Shown here piece by piece: positions 27,332-40,520 of a stretch of 64,000 nucleotides of DNA. Position numbers and translations under genes: made by a program. Under the pieces are notes generated by a model, which saw only the letters and a program-made list of their open reading frames with translations, made no database searches and had not been told where the DNA came from. This stretch comes from Octopus sinensis (taxonomy: Eukaryota), in NCBI RefSeq assembly GCF_006345805.1, contig NC_042997.1, forward strand, positions 9,176,001 to 9,240,000, written 5' to 3'. Each line of letters opens with the position of its first letter. Position 1 is the stretch's first letter.

Positions 27332-27920
27332 ATCATCATCATCATCATCATCGTCATTTAACCCTTTAGTGTTCAGATTAATCTGTTAAATGTAATACTT
27401 TTTTCACTCAAATTATTTTCAATTAATCATATACATTATCTTACAGCTTTGAAGTTTCAGTGGTGTGATAGTTTATTCTTAGAATGTCAATGTAGGTTAG
27501 GTGTGAGGGGCTAGATATGGCCAGTTTGAATGTAAAACATGTAGAATATTTGGGCCGGATATGGCCGGCTTAAACACCAAAGGGTTAATGTCCATTGTCC
27601 ATACTGGCATGGGTTGGATGATTTGACTAGGGCTGGCAAGCTAGAAGACTGCACCAAATTCCAGTCTGATTTGGCATGGATTCTATAACTGGATACCCTT
27701 CCGAGCACCAACCACTCTGAGAGTGTAATGGGTGCTCTTACGTGTCACCAGCATGGGTGCCATTTGCGTGACACCAGTATCTGCCATGACTATGATTTTA
27801 TTTGTGGATTTTCTTCTCAAGCACAACGTAAGGTCAAAGGTCTTAATCATATGTCATTGCCTCCATGAGGCCCAACACTTGAAAAGAGCTTTTCACACAC
27901 CACCAGCTTTGGTTACTTTG
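27332..27920 (-). mobile_element. SINE-like family B interrupted by a MITE
   Basis: CATCGTCAT-TTAA-[MITE]-TTAA-TGTCCATTGTCCATACTGGCATGGG. Confidence 0.8.
27362..27584. mobile_element. piggyBac-type MITE with TTAA TSD
   Basis: TTAA (27358-27361) CCCTTTAG...CCAAAGGG TTAA (27585-27588); reverse copy of 111-330. Confidence 0.85.
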
Positions 27921-28929
27921 TCTCCACAAGGCCCAACACATATGTATACATACACATATATCATACTCAATGGGCATCTTAAAGCTTTCTTCTGCCATTC
28001 ACTAGTCATTGATCTGTTCAGAACTTTAGTAGAAGGTACTTGCCTAAGGTGCTGCATAGATAGAAGGCAGTGGCTTTGTGGTTAAAGTGTTGGAATGCTA
28101 AGAGTGTTATTTCCTGAACAAGGAAAATCTCCTTAGCTTAAAATTGATTAAAAAAATATTTATTGTTATACAATACCATAATGCTACAGGAGATATTATT
28201 TGTTACTTGTTTTTGAAAATAAAAAGATAACAGCAAAACCCAAAACAAAATAACTAATGAAGAAAAAGAACCTACAAAATAATAAATATAAAAAAAAAAA
28301 GATAAACAGAAAAACGCAAAAAAAAAAAAAAAGAAATCACTTCTATGTAAAACGGTAATAATTCTTTGCTGAACTCTAATTTAGTGTAAGTGCAAATGTG
28401 ATTAATCAGTTTCCAGGTTTCTTGTAATATTATTTAACTTTATTTCTGTCTTCTTTTTTTTTTTTTTTTTTTGCTTTCTAAAGTTTCTCCCCCTCCAAAG
28501 AAAGTAGAAAAATTTTAAATATCAAAAAAGAAAAGAAAAAAAAGTGGAAAATAAAAAGAGAAATACAAAGAGATATCAAATTGGCTACTCTATGTACACT
28601 GATTAGTTAAATAAATGTTCTACTACACCAGTAAGAATTTCAATAATATCAATGAGACCCTAATCAAGCAATGGTTTCAGCTAATGGCTTGATATTTTCG
28701 TTCATTAGTTTTCTTACACTTAATCTTCTCATTATATTTCTTCTCTGTCTTTGCAATTATTTCATTCTTGGTTATATTTGTGTTTCTTGAGGAAAATTTT
28801 CTTTTATTATTTATCTTTGTAACTATTTCATTAACGCTCATTTTCTAATCTCTTATACATTTTCTTTCTATCTTAACAATTTCTGTCTTCCATTAGCTGA
28901 GACATTTTATTTTTAAGTAATCCAAATCT

Positions 28930-29200
28930 TCTCACTCTCTCACATTCTTCCTTGCTCTCCCTCTTTCATTCTTCCTTGCTCTCTCTCTCATTCTTCCTTG
29001 CTCTCTCTCTCTCTCTCATTCTTCCTTGCTCTCTCTCTCTCATTCTTCCTTGCTCTCTCTCTCTCTCATTCTTCCTTGCTCTCTCTCTCTCTCATTCTTC
29101 CTTGCTCTCTCTCTCTCATTCTTCCTTACTCTCTCTCTCTCATTCTTCCTTACTCTCTCTCTCTCTCATTCTTCCTTACTCTCACTCTCTCTCTCATTCT
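28930..29200. repeat. Minisatellite (CT)nCATTCTTCCTTG, about 11 units
   Basis: Seen directly. Confidence 0.9.
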
Positions 29201-29713
29201 TCCTCTATCTCTTTCTCTCTGTAGTCATTCCTTATTTTCCTTCTCTCCTTTGTCTCCAACTTTCTCTTAATCTCTCTGTCTTGTTCTCCCATCATGCAAT
29301 GTTATCTCTTTTTATTCTGATTCTTATTTCAGATATCACTTAATAACCTTTCTTTTTCACTTCATTTATCACATATTACCTTCTATCCTTTTTGAGTTTC
29401 CCTCCCTCTCAGCCACTCTCTCAATCTCTCACCTTCTCTTTCTGCCTCTCTCTCTCTTTCTTTAATTATATATTTCCTTATTTTCTTTATCTCTTTCCTC
29501 TTTTTCTTCTTACTCTCCCTACATTTCCCTCCTAATCTCTGTGTCTGTCACTGTTACATTCACATTGCATTTTCTCTTCACCATTATGTTGGTTAACTCT
29601 ATTTAGCCATATTAAACTTTGCTTTCTCTTCACATTATTCTCTGACTTTCGACTCACTTCTCTCTCAGTTTCTATCTCTTTCCCTTCCTCCCTGTCCCTC
29701 CTCTCTCTCTCAC

Positions 29714-29773
<60 letters not shown>

Positions 29774-29865
29774 CATACCTATATATCTATATATATATAC
29801 ATATGTATGTATCTATTTATATATGTATGTATCTATTTATATATATTCATTTATTTATATATGTG

Positions 29866-29917
<52 letters not shown>

Positions 29918-30117
29918 ATATTATATATATATATATGTGTGTGTATGTACGTATGTATGTATATATATATATATATATAAATACATATGTATATATATAT
30001 ATATGTATATATATATATAACTGTATCATTTTATATTCTTTGTTCCCATTCATCTTATTTCCTCTTTCTTCTTTTCTGTTCTTCACTCTTTCAATTTCTG
30101 ATGTCAAAATATCTGAG

Positions 30118-30199
30118 GATGATAATGGAAGCAAACTTGCTGCTGTTAAACTTATTGGTTCATTTTGGATTCAGCATAGAAGAAAGAAAAGGGAATATT
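30118..30199 (+). other. Weak candidate exon, 82 nt
   Basis: First AG after an about 95-nt AG-free pyrimidine tract; GTGAGT donor. Two open frames ([27 protein letters not shown] or [27 protein letters not shown]); no recognised homology. Confidence 0.25.
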
Positions 30200-30530
30200 G
30201 TGAGTAACCTGTCTGAATATAAAGCAAAAATATAAAAAAAAAGATGCAAAAATAGAAAAAAAAAGATGAAATGAATTAGCTTCAGTTAGAAATTGAAGCT
30301 ACATTGCAAGACATCGCAAGATTTTCTTTTATAGAATCTTTACTTGGTGTCATAGAACAGTGATTATTGTTGATAGTAATCACATAAATGAAGTTAATTC
30401 CAATGATGTTGTTAATATTGTTGTTTAACCCCAGTGTCAACTCTGACTGAGAATAACTATGATCAGTGCTATTTCAGCCCTAGCTATCCTATATATTCAG
30501 ATATAGTTTATCTCATGCTGCAGTATTCAT

Positions 30531-30907
30531 TATTACCTCTGCCTTAGTGAAGGTGGAGGTATTGTTTTCAGTAATGTTTATTTGTTTGATTGCTTGTCCA
30601 GGGACAAGTTATCTCAAGAACCATTGGATGGATTTGGATGAACTTTCATGGATGATTGGCCTCGTGGTGACTAGCACAAACTGATTAGATTCTGGGATCA
30701 ATCTGGTACCAGACAAGGATTCTAGATAAATTTTTTTGTTTTTTTTTTCTTAATTTTTGAGAGCAGTCAGGTTCATTTTTAGTATTCTTGTTTGTGAGAG
30801 CAGTCAAGTTTAATTCAGATATTCTCGTTTCAAAAATTATCTCTGGCTAATTTTTGAGAGGACATTGGTGTTGCCTTGGTGGAGGTTTACACTCTCTGAG
30901 TGCTTTT
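30531..30907 (+). mobile_element. Non-autonomous Helentron-type element (HINE/DINE-1-like architecture)
   Basis: 5' palindrome ACCTCTGCCTT-AGTG-AAGGTGGAGGT; 3' subTIR CCTTGGTGGAGGT (30874-30886); terminal hairpin CACTC-TCT-GAGTG; T-rich flanks. Confidence 0.65.
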
Positions 30908-31309
30908 ATTTATTCACTTGTTTTAGTCATTGGACTGCAGACATGCAAGAGTTTGATGGTCTTGAAGGGGTTTTAGTTGATCAAATTGATGCCAGGACAT
31001 TTTTTTAAAGTGTTGTATTTATTCTATATTTTTGTGAACTTATAGGTTACAGGGAGTTATTGAGCTGTGATTCACAAGAACCTACACAAGCATACAAACA
31101 CACGCACACACATATGCATGTGCCCACACATACACACATACACATACACACACACTAGCCTGGAAATACCATGTGGTGAACTGCAAGCAATCAACACAGT
31201 CAGCAAAGCCATTGTTTACAATCAGAGAGCAAACACCCACGATGAGCGAAATATGAAATCGTTCATACAATTATATGCCCAGATAAACATACATTTATAC
31301 CTGTATATA

Positions 31310-31511
31310 TGAGGGAGTGCTGAAAAATTTGTGGCTTTGGGTAAAAGAAAATACAGGAGGATCATTTAATTATGATTTTATTCAACATATTCCCCTCTCA
31401 GATTCACACACTTATTGCAGTGGTCCTTCAGGTTTTCTAAGCCCTGTAAAAGAACCTGTGAAAGGCTTTTCATGAGACCCTTAAAGCCAGGAGCTTTTCA
31501 GCACCCACTTG
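31310..31511. mobile_element. mariner-type MITE
   Basis: TA|TGAGGGAGTGCTGAAAA...TTTTCAGCACCCACTTG|TA. Confidence 0.75.
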
Positions 31512-32554
31512 TATATACATACAGAAACATACACACACATTCATGCATGCACATGTGTGTGTGTGTGTGTGATGTGTCTGTTTTTCCAATTGGCTTCTTT
31601 CTGTTTCCATCTACCAAATCCACATACAAAGCTTTGGTTGGCCTGGGGCTGTAGTAGAAGCCCAAGGTGTCACACAATAGAACTGAACATAAAATCATGT
31701 GAATGGGAAGCAAATTTTTTTTTAATCTAGCAGCGATGCCTGCATCTCAACATAATGGTGTGATTTTCCATTGCCAAATGATGACAACTTTTCCCAAACT
31801 ATAAAGTTACCAAATCATCTGAGAAAGCTACCTGTAATTTAAAGCTCTCACCTGCTTCCTCTTCACACTATGAGACAGAAATTAATCAATGGCTGAAACT
31901 AATCAATGAGAGATCCTCTGAGTTTAGTAGACCTATTTATCATTATATGAGAGTCCTGGTGAGAAGTGAAGTGAATCTCTAGACATTATCTATTGTGTCC
32001 TCAAACTACTACAGACATTTATTTGTTATCTTAATAACACAATAATTGAATTATCTGAAACAAGAGTAAATAAGTTACAACTTGATATCTTTTCATAGCT
32101 GGAACATTAACTTTACTCTTTCAACAGATGTAGGTCTTATTTTACTTATTTATTTAGTCATTTATTTATTTATCGTTATTGGTTTTGCTTTGGAGAAAGT
32201 GGGTGTGTCCATGGCCTTCAAAAGAGCTTTGAGACCAGTGATTCCTAATGCAGTTACTATGCCCCCTTGGACAGTTGCAAATTGACAGCTTTAGAGTTTC
32301 CAGAAAATAGTAATTTTGGAAAAGAAGGGATGAGACAAAGTGGTTATTGGTGAATCTGGCAGGGAATGGATATATGAAACATGGTTGATGAGAAGAAAAT
32401 ACCATCGTTAAAAATCTCAAGTTAAAATTTTTATAGACTAGCATGCATGCACTTTAGCATGAGACTGAATTAATTCACTGATTAACCAAGTTCAGATGCA
32501 ATTCTCAGTACCAAATCATGTCTTTTGCATTCAGAAATTTCTTTAAATGTGGCG

Positions 32555-32642
32555 GTAGTGATGGTGGTGGTGGTGATAATGGTGATGATGATGAGGATGA
32601 TGATGATGATAGTGGTGCTGGTGCTAGTGGTGCTGGTGGTGG

Positions 32643-32688
<46 letters not shown>

Positions 32689-32771
32689 AGTGGTGGTGTT
32701 GGGGGTGATGGTGACTGTGATGGTGGCGGTGGCGGCAGTGGTGGTAATGATGGTGATGATGGTGATGATGG

Positions 32772-32814
<43 letters not shown>

Positions 32815-32815
32815 A
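32555..32815. repeat. (GAT)n/(GGT)n compound trinucleotide repeat
   Basis: Seen directly; source of the poly-D/G/H/S/M ORFs. Confidence 0.95.
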
Positions 32816-33350
32816 ATGGGTGGGGGGAAGAATCATTAGCACATTGGACAAAATGCATAGTAGCATTTCTTCTGACACTTTAATTTCCTGAGTGCAAATC
32901 CTGCCAAGGTCAACTTTGCCACAGGGTCGATAAAATAAAATGCTAAGCAAGTACTAGGGTCAGTGTCATCAACTAACCACTTACAATTGCTGGTCTTGTA
33001 CTAAAATTAAAAATCCTTATTACAATATTTAATATTTAGGCCATCCTCAGACGAATTCTCCAGTGGTTCTCCAACCATCTTAGTCCTCCATATATCTTAC
33101 CAGCTTACCAAGAGTTTATGCTTCAATATTTTTCTATAGTCCATCTAGATGTGGAACAACCATTCGTTTGATACTCATGTGTTGGATCCTACAGCACCAG
33201 CTAGCTGGCTGGGCACTATCAGTGCCTTTCACAGTGACTGACCAACCATAGCTGCCTGACTGTTGTTTCCTCATTTGACCCTGCTAGCCTTCTCTAAGGA
33301 TGGTTGTTGCTAACATACACCATCTGTTTTGTGTTAAGTATTGAACATAC

Positions 33351-33430
33351 CACATTGGTGCAGCATTTGTCCAGAAACTTGTGTAAGGCAAGCTTCAGAG
33401 TCCAGTTCTAACAGCCATGCAAACAACAGA
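33351..33430 (-). CDS. Candidate coding exon, 80 nt, unknown protein
   Basis: Acceptor TTTTTTTCTATCCAACCAG, donor GTATGT. Only one open frame (LLFAWLLELDSEACLTQVSGQMLHQC), phase-compatible with the exon at 33828-34069. Confidence 0.35.
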
Positions 33431-33827
33431 CTGGTTGGATAGAAAAAAATCAAAGTTTGATATAAGTTAAGTTTGATATGTATAAGTTTGATACGAGAGT
33501 GTAGTGGGTGCTTTTTATGTACCACCAGCATCGGACCAGTCAGCTGGCACTGGCATTGACCATGCTTGAATGGCACGTTTTAGATGCCATCAGCACGGGA
33601 GCTAGTCAAGCAGCACTGGTACTAACTACCCTGTCTCTTTTCCAAAAATTTGGGCTGCTGATATTATCTCCCTTGTTTATATATTTCCTGTTTTAAATAT
33701 ATCTGTAGTGAGCTTTTGTCTTCATATAGCAAGAATCTCAGTTAATCACTATAGAATAGAGGTGAGACTATTACATGTGCATAATTTCTAGCTGAATAAT
33801 TTCACCTCACTTATTCCTCATACTTAC

Positions 33828-34069
33828 AATTTTTGGTTCAATGATCCTGGTAGCAAGGGTTGGGCTTTACCAGACCGACTATCCCTTGGTACACTTATGC
33901 AGTGCATAAAGACATTAAATGTTATACAATGTTGAGGTGGACTTTGTATATAGATGAGTGTACATTTGGTTGGGTGTGTATGTGGATCTTGGCCAGATTT
34001 CACATTGACATTGCATGAACTGCCATTTTTCTTGTTCCACATAAACGAAATGTCTGGCAGCACAACAGA
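33828..34069 (-). CDS. Candidate coding exon, 242 nt, unknown Cys-rich peptide
   Basis: Acceptor TTTTTTCCCCATGTCTTTACATACCAG, donor GTAAGT. 80 codons open from acceptor to donor (SVVLPDISF...KCTLIYIQSPPQHCITFNVF...LNQK). Confidence 0.35.
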
Positions 34070-34364
34070 CTGGTATGTAAAGACATGGGGAAAAAAGCAC
34101 CTTACTTGAACAAAAGTAAGTTAGCACCATGCCAAAATGGAAAAAGTGAACATAAAAATGATGATGATGATGACAATAATGATGGCAGTAGCAATAACAG
34201 GTGACAATGACATCATCACAGGTAATGGCAGAGGTAACAAAGGTAACTGTAGCAGAAACAACAACAATACCTAGTTGTTCTATATTCTCTCTTGGATTTC
34301 TTGTCATAGTAAACTGCTACTGAAAAATTCTGTTTACCAAATCTCAAAGTAATTCTTTTGAATC

Positions 34365-34652
34365 ATCACCATCGGCATCGTCATCGTTTATCGTCCACTT
34401 TCCATGCTGGCATGGGTTGGACGGTTTAACTGATGGTTGGCAAGCCAGAAGGCTGCACCAGGCTCCAATCCAATCTGGCAAGGTTTCTACAGCTGGATGC
34501 CCTTCCTAATGCCAACCACTCCAAGAGTGTAGCAGGTGCTTTTTACGTGCCACCAGCACGAGGGCCTGTCAGGTAATACTGGCATTGACTATGCTCAAAT
34601 GGTGCTTTTTAGATGCCACCAGCACAGGAGCCAGTCAGGCAGCACTGGTACG
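34365..34652 (-). mobile_element. SINE-like family B
   Basis: Core match. Confidence 0.8.
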
Positions 34653-34682
34653 ATTAACAAAACCTCACTCTCCAACATAGTA

Positions 34683-35238
34683 TTGGATTGTCTGGAAAGT
34701 TCGTGCTGATTTTTAAAGGAAAGAAAATGGTCAATAAATATTTGCCATTACATTTTTAATCAACTAAACATGAACCATTTTGCTGCACAATGCGTCTCCA
34801 TCTTTCCTTTAACTCTCTTCCCAGAATTGAGGTGGTTTCATGGCAAAAAATTCATCAAGGTATTTTTTTATGTCATCCAAGGAATTGAAATTTTTACCAT
34901 TAAGACTATTCTGCAGAGACCTGAATAAGTGGACGTCTGAAGGAGCAATATCTGGTGAATATGGAGGGTGGGGTAACACATTCCAGCCGAGCTGCAGTAA
35001 TTTTTGTCTGGTCCCCAAAGCATCAAATGCCGAAAATGAACTTTCTTATCTTCCATTTTAAAGGGTAACAGAATTAACACAGGTTATAGGAACATAAATC
35101 TTCTTCCACGAAAAGATAGCTTAAACTGTGCTCTAAATGGAGGTGTAGTCAAATCCTATTTTATGGACTCAACCATGTTTTAAAATAAGTCGAAAGGTAA
35201 GCTACTATAAATCAGCATGAACTTTCCAGACAACCCAA
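34683..35238 (-). mobile_element. Internally deleted mariner transposon
   Basis: 30-bp TIRs TTGG(A/G)TTGTCTGGAAAGTTC(G/A)TGCTGATTT and TA TSD. Transposase N-terminus (MEDKKVHFRHLML) is joined directly to the C-terminal KLLQLGWNVLPHPPYSPDIAPSD motif. Confidence 0.92.
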
Positions 35239-35521
35239 TATCATATTCACTGGTTCACTGATGAAATGCTTTTTTTCTATTTTTTCTACCTTTTCTAAGT
35301 TATCCTAATAGTCTACTCTTTCTCTGAAGTAGCAAACTGCTTTACAGCTTGTAATCCACCACACTCAGTGCATCTGTCTCACCTCCTTCTTAATGTTCCC
35401 CACCCTCTAGTTCCTCTAGATCCTCAATACTTCACTTAACCATTCTTCCTGTAGAGCTAGAATTCTCTAGAATTCTCTTCCTATCCATTTCATAACTACA
35501 GATATCAACTTAGAGATGATC

Positions 35522-35647
35522 AAATTCAAAATCAGCCTCGTTGATCTCACCAGACACTATGGATCTACAAAGATCATGGTATTAAATTCAACATCAGCCT
35601 TGTTGATCTCACCAGATACTATGGATCTACAAAGATCATGGGTATTA
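35522..35647. repeat. 62-bp tandem duplication (2 copies)
   Basis: AAATTCAA.ATCAGCCT.GTTGATCTCACCAGA.ACTATGGATCTACAAAGATCATGG at 35522 and 35584. Confidence 0.9.
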
Positions 35648-35864
35648 TGCCATCAGATCTTATAGTTATAATGATAATTCTTTCTTACACTGACACAAGG
35701 TTGAACATCTGAAGGGATGGGGTTATAGTCAATTATATCTCTTTATTAATACTTTAATTTATCGATACTTAACAGATTGGTGTGATTTGAGCTTTGCAGC
35801 TGGCCTTCATATATACATATCTGGGCATCTATATCTTTCTATATGTATGTAACTATAATCTTTT

Positions 35865-36258
35865 CTACTCTAGGCACAAGGCCTGAAATTTGGGGGGAGG
35901 TGGGGGCCAGTCGATTAGATCGACCCTAGTAGGCAACTGGTGTTTAACTTATCAACACCAAAAGGAGGAAAGCAAAGTCGACCATGGCAGAATTTGAACT
36001 CAGAACATAAATACAGACGAAATACCTATTTCTTTACTACCCACAAGGGGCTAAATACAGAGAGGACAAACAAGGACAAACAAACGAATTAAGTCGATTA
36101 TATCGACCCCAGTGCATAACTGGTACTTATTTAATCGACCCCGAAAGGATGAAAAGCAAAGTCGACCTTGGCAGAATTTGAACACAGAACACATAGACAG
36201 ACGAAATACCACTAAGCGTTTCGCCCGGCATGCTAACGTTTCTGCCAGCTCACTGCCA
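35865..36258 (-). mobile_element. Two tandem or nested SINE family C copies
   Basis: GCAAAGTCGACC..GGCAGAATTTGAAC.CAGAAC occurs twice (about 35972 and 36157). Confidence 0.8.
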
Positions 36259-36754
36259 TATGTAAATAACTAAAGTGTAACAAGAATGTCACTAGACTAG
36301 AACAAATACCACAATGCCTTTTTTCCAACACATCAACAATTCTACCAATTAATTGATTAATTAATAATTTTTCCCCTATACACAAAAAGCCTGAAATTTG
36401 AGGGGAGTATGTTAGTCAATACCCTTAACCCCAATACTTGTGTAGTACATTATCCACTCTGAAAACAGAATGGTAAAATTAACTTCAACAAGATTTGAAA
36501 TCTCAATATAAAGAGATGGGACGAATACCATGAATATTTTTTTTCTATACTGTAACAATTCTGCCAATCAATGAACCTTGGTTAATTGATAATAAAAACT
36601 AACTTAACAAAACATCCATCTTCAAGCTAACATTTCTTAAATATTCAGCAGATCTTATTCTACTTTGCCAATGCATCATTCTTAATCAGGTTTATCTGTA
36701 TTCAAAACACTGTTTTGTAAATGCCTCATATTATTATATGAATAAGAACATTTA

Positions 36755-36974
36755 TAAGGAGGTGCTAAAAGGTTCCTGACTTTGCATAAAAGAAAATACA
36801 GGAGGATCAGTTAATTATAATTTTATTCATGTACCCATCTCAGATTCACATGCTTACTGCAGTGGTCTTTCAGTTTTTCTAAGTCCTGTAAGAGAACATG
36901 GAAGGGTGGACCTCCAGTCAGGCTTTTCGCAATACTCTTAAAACCAAGAACTTTTTTCCAGCCCCCGCCCCTTG
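36755..36974. mobile_element. mariner-type MITE (diverged)
   Basis: TA|TAAGGAGGTGCTAAAAGGTTCC...CCCTTG|TA. Confidence 0.7.
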
Positions 36975-38001
36975 TACTTTTAGACACATGGCTGTATTCT
37001 TACTCAATGAGTTCTCACATATATATCTTGCTACAGACAAAATAGTGTGTTCAAAAAAAAAATCACCATAAGTATGTTAGTGTATTTCTGAACACATTTT
37101 GATGACAGGTATAGTTACCAGGTGATCTAGAAGTGCTTCCTGCTAGAGTTTGTCATTACATCAAAAAGATTTGTTTTACATTCACTTAATGTGAAGAGAG
37201 CTGGTCTTATGCACTTGTCTAGGAATTAAGAGATATTACTATGTTCATATAGCATATATGTATAGAGTGAAAGAAGATGGTTTCTTAGCTGACTGTCTAT
37301 AAGAATCATGTTAGAAAACATTAGAATTTAAGATATGTATATATATATTCTTTTATTCTTTAATTTCTTCTATTTGTTTCAGTCATTTGACTATGGTCAA
37401 ACTGTTGCACTGCTTTAGTTGAACAAATTGGCCCCAGGACTTATTATTTATAAACCTTGTGCATATTCTGTTGGTGGCTTTTGCTGAACTGCTAAGTTAC
37501 AAGGCTATAAACACACCAGCATCTGTTGTCAAGTGATGGTGGGGGGAACAAACACAGACATACAAAGAGGTACACACACACACATATATATGCATTGTTT
37601 AGCAATGTATCACCAAAAGGGAAGACTATAATTCTCACTAGCATTGTAGGTGTTCTATCTCCCTCTGTCAAATATATATATATAGAGAGAGAGATATATA
37701 GATGAGTGTATTTTTCCCCTGTTAACAATCAACATGGAAAAAATAGATAAATAGTTACCAGGATAGCAAAAAATCACACAAGTAAAGAGGTTGCAACTCC
37801 TTGTTTTTAAAGGTAGAAACTTCGGATTTACATGGAATTTTTTCACTTCCCTGAAGAGAAGATTACATTGTAGTACACCATTTATTCCATTGGAATAATA
37901 TCAGTGAAATCTTCAAAACATGTGTCGGAAGTAAAAGTATTTGAATTATACCTGCGTTAAACTCCATTTATTTATTTATATATATGTGTGTGTGTGTGTG
38001 T

Positions 38002-38042
<41 letters not shown>

Positions 38043-38043
38043 G

Positions 38044-38116
<73 letters not shown>

Positions 38117-38615
38117 TACATATATGTAAAATCATTGCCATCATTTTATGTCAGTAAAATGATGATGATGAGGAGGATTTTGGTAGTGGTGGTGGAGGTG
38201 ATGAGGATGGTGTTGGTGGTGTATATCTTAACTTCTAAAATATGCTACCTTAAGCTTTCAATTCTTATATATAATCACCTCCACACATTTCAATTATCTT
38301 TTTCTATCAAGCAGTCATAAAAATCACTTTTTACCCAATATCCACCAAAACTAACAAACAAAAATAAAATACAAAAGCATTTCTAGGAGGAATAAATAAA
38401 AAAATAAATAAAAATATACTAAGATCTGTTTATTTGTTGGTAGCACATTTGATTGAAGATTGTATGCCAAAACTGGCATTTTGGGACAGTACCAGTGACC
38501 AGTACACAGATGTACAATGTATACAGTCTGTTCTTAAGATTTATGTTCAATTTTTATCTGTTTGTCCTGTGTCTCTGTACAATGGAATAGTAGTGTAAGT
38601 ACGTGTGAGTGTATA

Positions 38616-38717
38616 CAGGCAGTCCTCAACACTCATCTATTCAAATTTCGTACTCCACTGACTTTCAAAAGTTCGAGGAGTGTGAAAATCGAATGTAAGA
38701 ATCTTGAAGACAGTCTG
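38616..38717. mobile_element. 102-bp near-palindromic MITE (copy 1)
   Basis: TA|CAGGCAGTCCTCAA...TTGAAGACAGTCTG|TA. Confidence 0.65.
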
Positions 38718-38719
38718 TA

Positions 38720-38783
<64 letters not shown>

Positions 38784-39651
38784 GGTATTATTATTATTGT
38801 TGTTGTTGCTATTATATACTTAATATTATATAATGATATTACAAAATAAAATATTAAAAAAATGAATTATAACATTACATAATTTTATATGAATGTAAAA
38901 TTATATAAAAAAATAATAAAAAATATATATTTATAAATCATAAACACCATTTCACACACTTCGTGGTGTCAACAGAAGTAAAATATAAATGATGCAAAAA
39001 CATAATAGACGTAGATTTTTCATCATCAATAAAAAAAACATCTTGTTTGGGGGATATTTTTCTTTAATTTTTTTTTTTTAGTCTATTGTTATTCTTTGTC
39101 TCGTCTACAATATTTGCTCATCTTCTTTTCAGTGAATTTTCCTTCTTTATTTTTATTTCTCACATAAAGATTTTGGTATTATGTTACACACATACACTAC
39201 GCATTTCATCTTTTCTTTGGAGCTGAACAAAGGCAAAGATGCCACATACTTTACACACAAGACAACAAAACATCAGCAAAGATAGGCAAACAATACTTGT
39301 ACAGCATGCAGATGAATCATTCAGACAATTATAAAAACGACTGAATAAATCTAACATTCAGAATAATATATTTCTCTGTGTTCTTCTAACTGAACAACTT
39401 TCAAACACACTAGAGATTGCCACAAACTTGCATTCAATGTCTGTAAGTCATTAGAATTGGTGAAAATGTGATTTACACAAAGTTAGCAATACAGATGAAG
39501 ACAGAGACTTCGTCAGTTACAGAGATGAACATTCACTTGTCTGATTAAGTGAGTTACTACTCTTGGAAAAAAATTAATGGAGAAATGGCTGAGTATTTCA
39601 TAGATATGTGTACTTTTAAGGCAATTCTCAAGCCAAAATAGTGTGACAATA

Positions 39652-40070
39652 GGCACAGGAGTGGCTGTGTGGTAAGTAGCTTGCTTAACAACCACACGGT
39701 TCCTGGTTCATTCCCTCTGCATGGCACCTTGGGAAAGTGTCTTCTACTATAGCCTCCGGCCGAAAAAAGCCTTGTGAGTGGATTTGGTAGACAGAAACTG
39801 AAAGAAGCGTGTCGTATATATGTATATATATATATATATGTATATATATGTATGTGTGGGTATATGTTTGTGTGTCTATGTTTGTCCCTACTACATCGCT
39901 TGACAACCGATGCTGGTGTGTTTACGTCTCTGTAACTTGGCGTTTTGGCAAAAGAGACTGATAGAATAAGTACTAGGCTTCCAGAGAATAAGTCCTGCGG
40001 TCGATCTGCTCAACTAAAGGTGGTGCTCCAGCATGGCCGCAGTCAAATGACTGAAAGAAGTAAAAGAGTA
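39652..40070 (+). mobile_element. SINE family A, full length
   Basis: Head GGCACAGGAGTGGCTGTGTGGTAAG through tail GTAAAAGAG. Confidence 0.85.
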
Positions 40071-40358
40071 ATGGGATAATTTTGGAGATTTTACTTTCAG
40101 GTACAAGTAAAAAATAAAGATATACAGAGAGAGAGAGAGAGGAAGAAAGTGTGTGAGCAACAGAGAGAGAAGAACAAACTCTAGTATTGAACTGTTAATT
40201 TATTCAATAAACCCTGAGAAGATAAAAAAAATATAGTTAACTGTAGTGGGATTTGGACTCAGACTAGAAAGAGACATTCTATCCAATGCTCTAATAATTC
40301 TACCAACTTGGCCACCTTGTAGAGATACTAAATATCTGTGTGTGTATGTGTGTGTGTA

Positions 40359-40460
40359 CAGACAGTTCTCTACAATCATCTATTCAAATTTTGTACTCCA
40401 CTGACTGTCAAAAGTTTGACGAGTGTGAAAATCGAATATAAGATTCTTGAAGACAGTCTG
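40359..40460. mobile_element. 102-bp near-palindromic MITE (copy 2)
   Basis: TA|CAGACAGTTCTCTA...TTGAAGACAGTCTG|TA; same length as copy 1. Confidence 0.65.
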
Positions 40461-40462
40461 TA

Positions 40463-40520
<58 letters not shown>

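Noticed and set aside
32505-32950. Poly-S/P, D/G, M and H ORFs; similar at 40338-40874, 47262-47475 and 59017-59410
   Set aside because: Trinucleotide repeats open in several frames on both strands.
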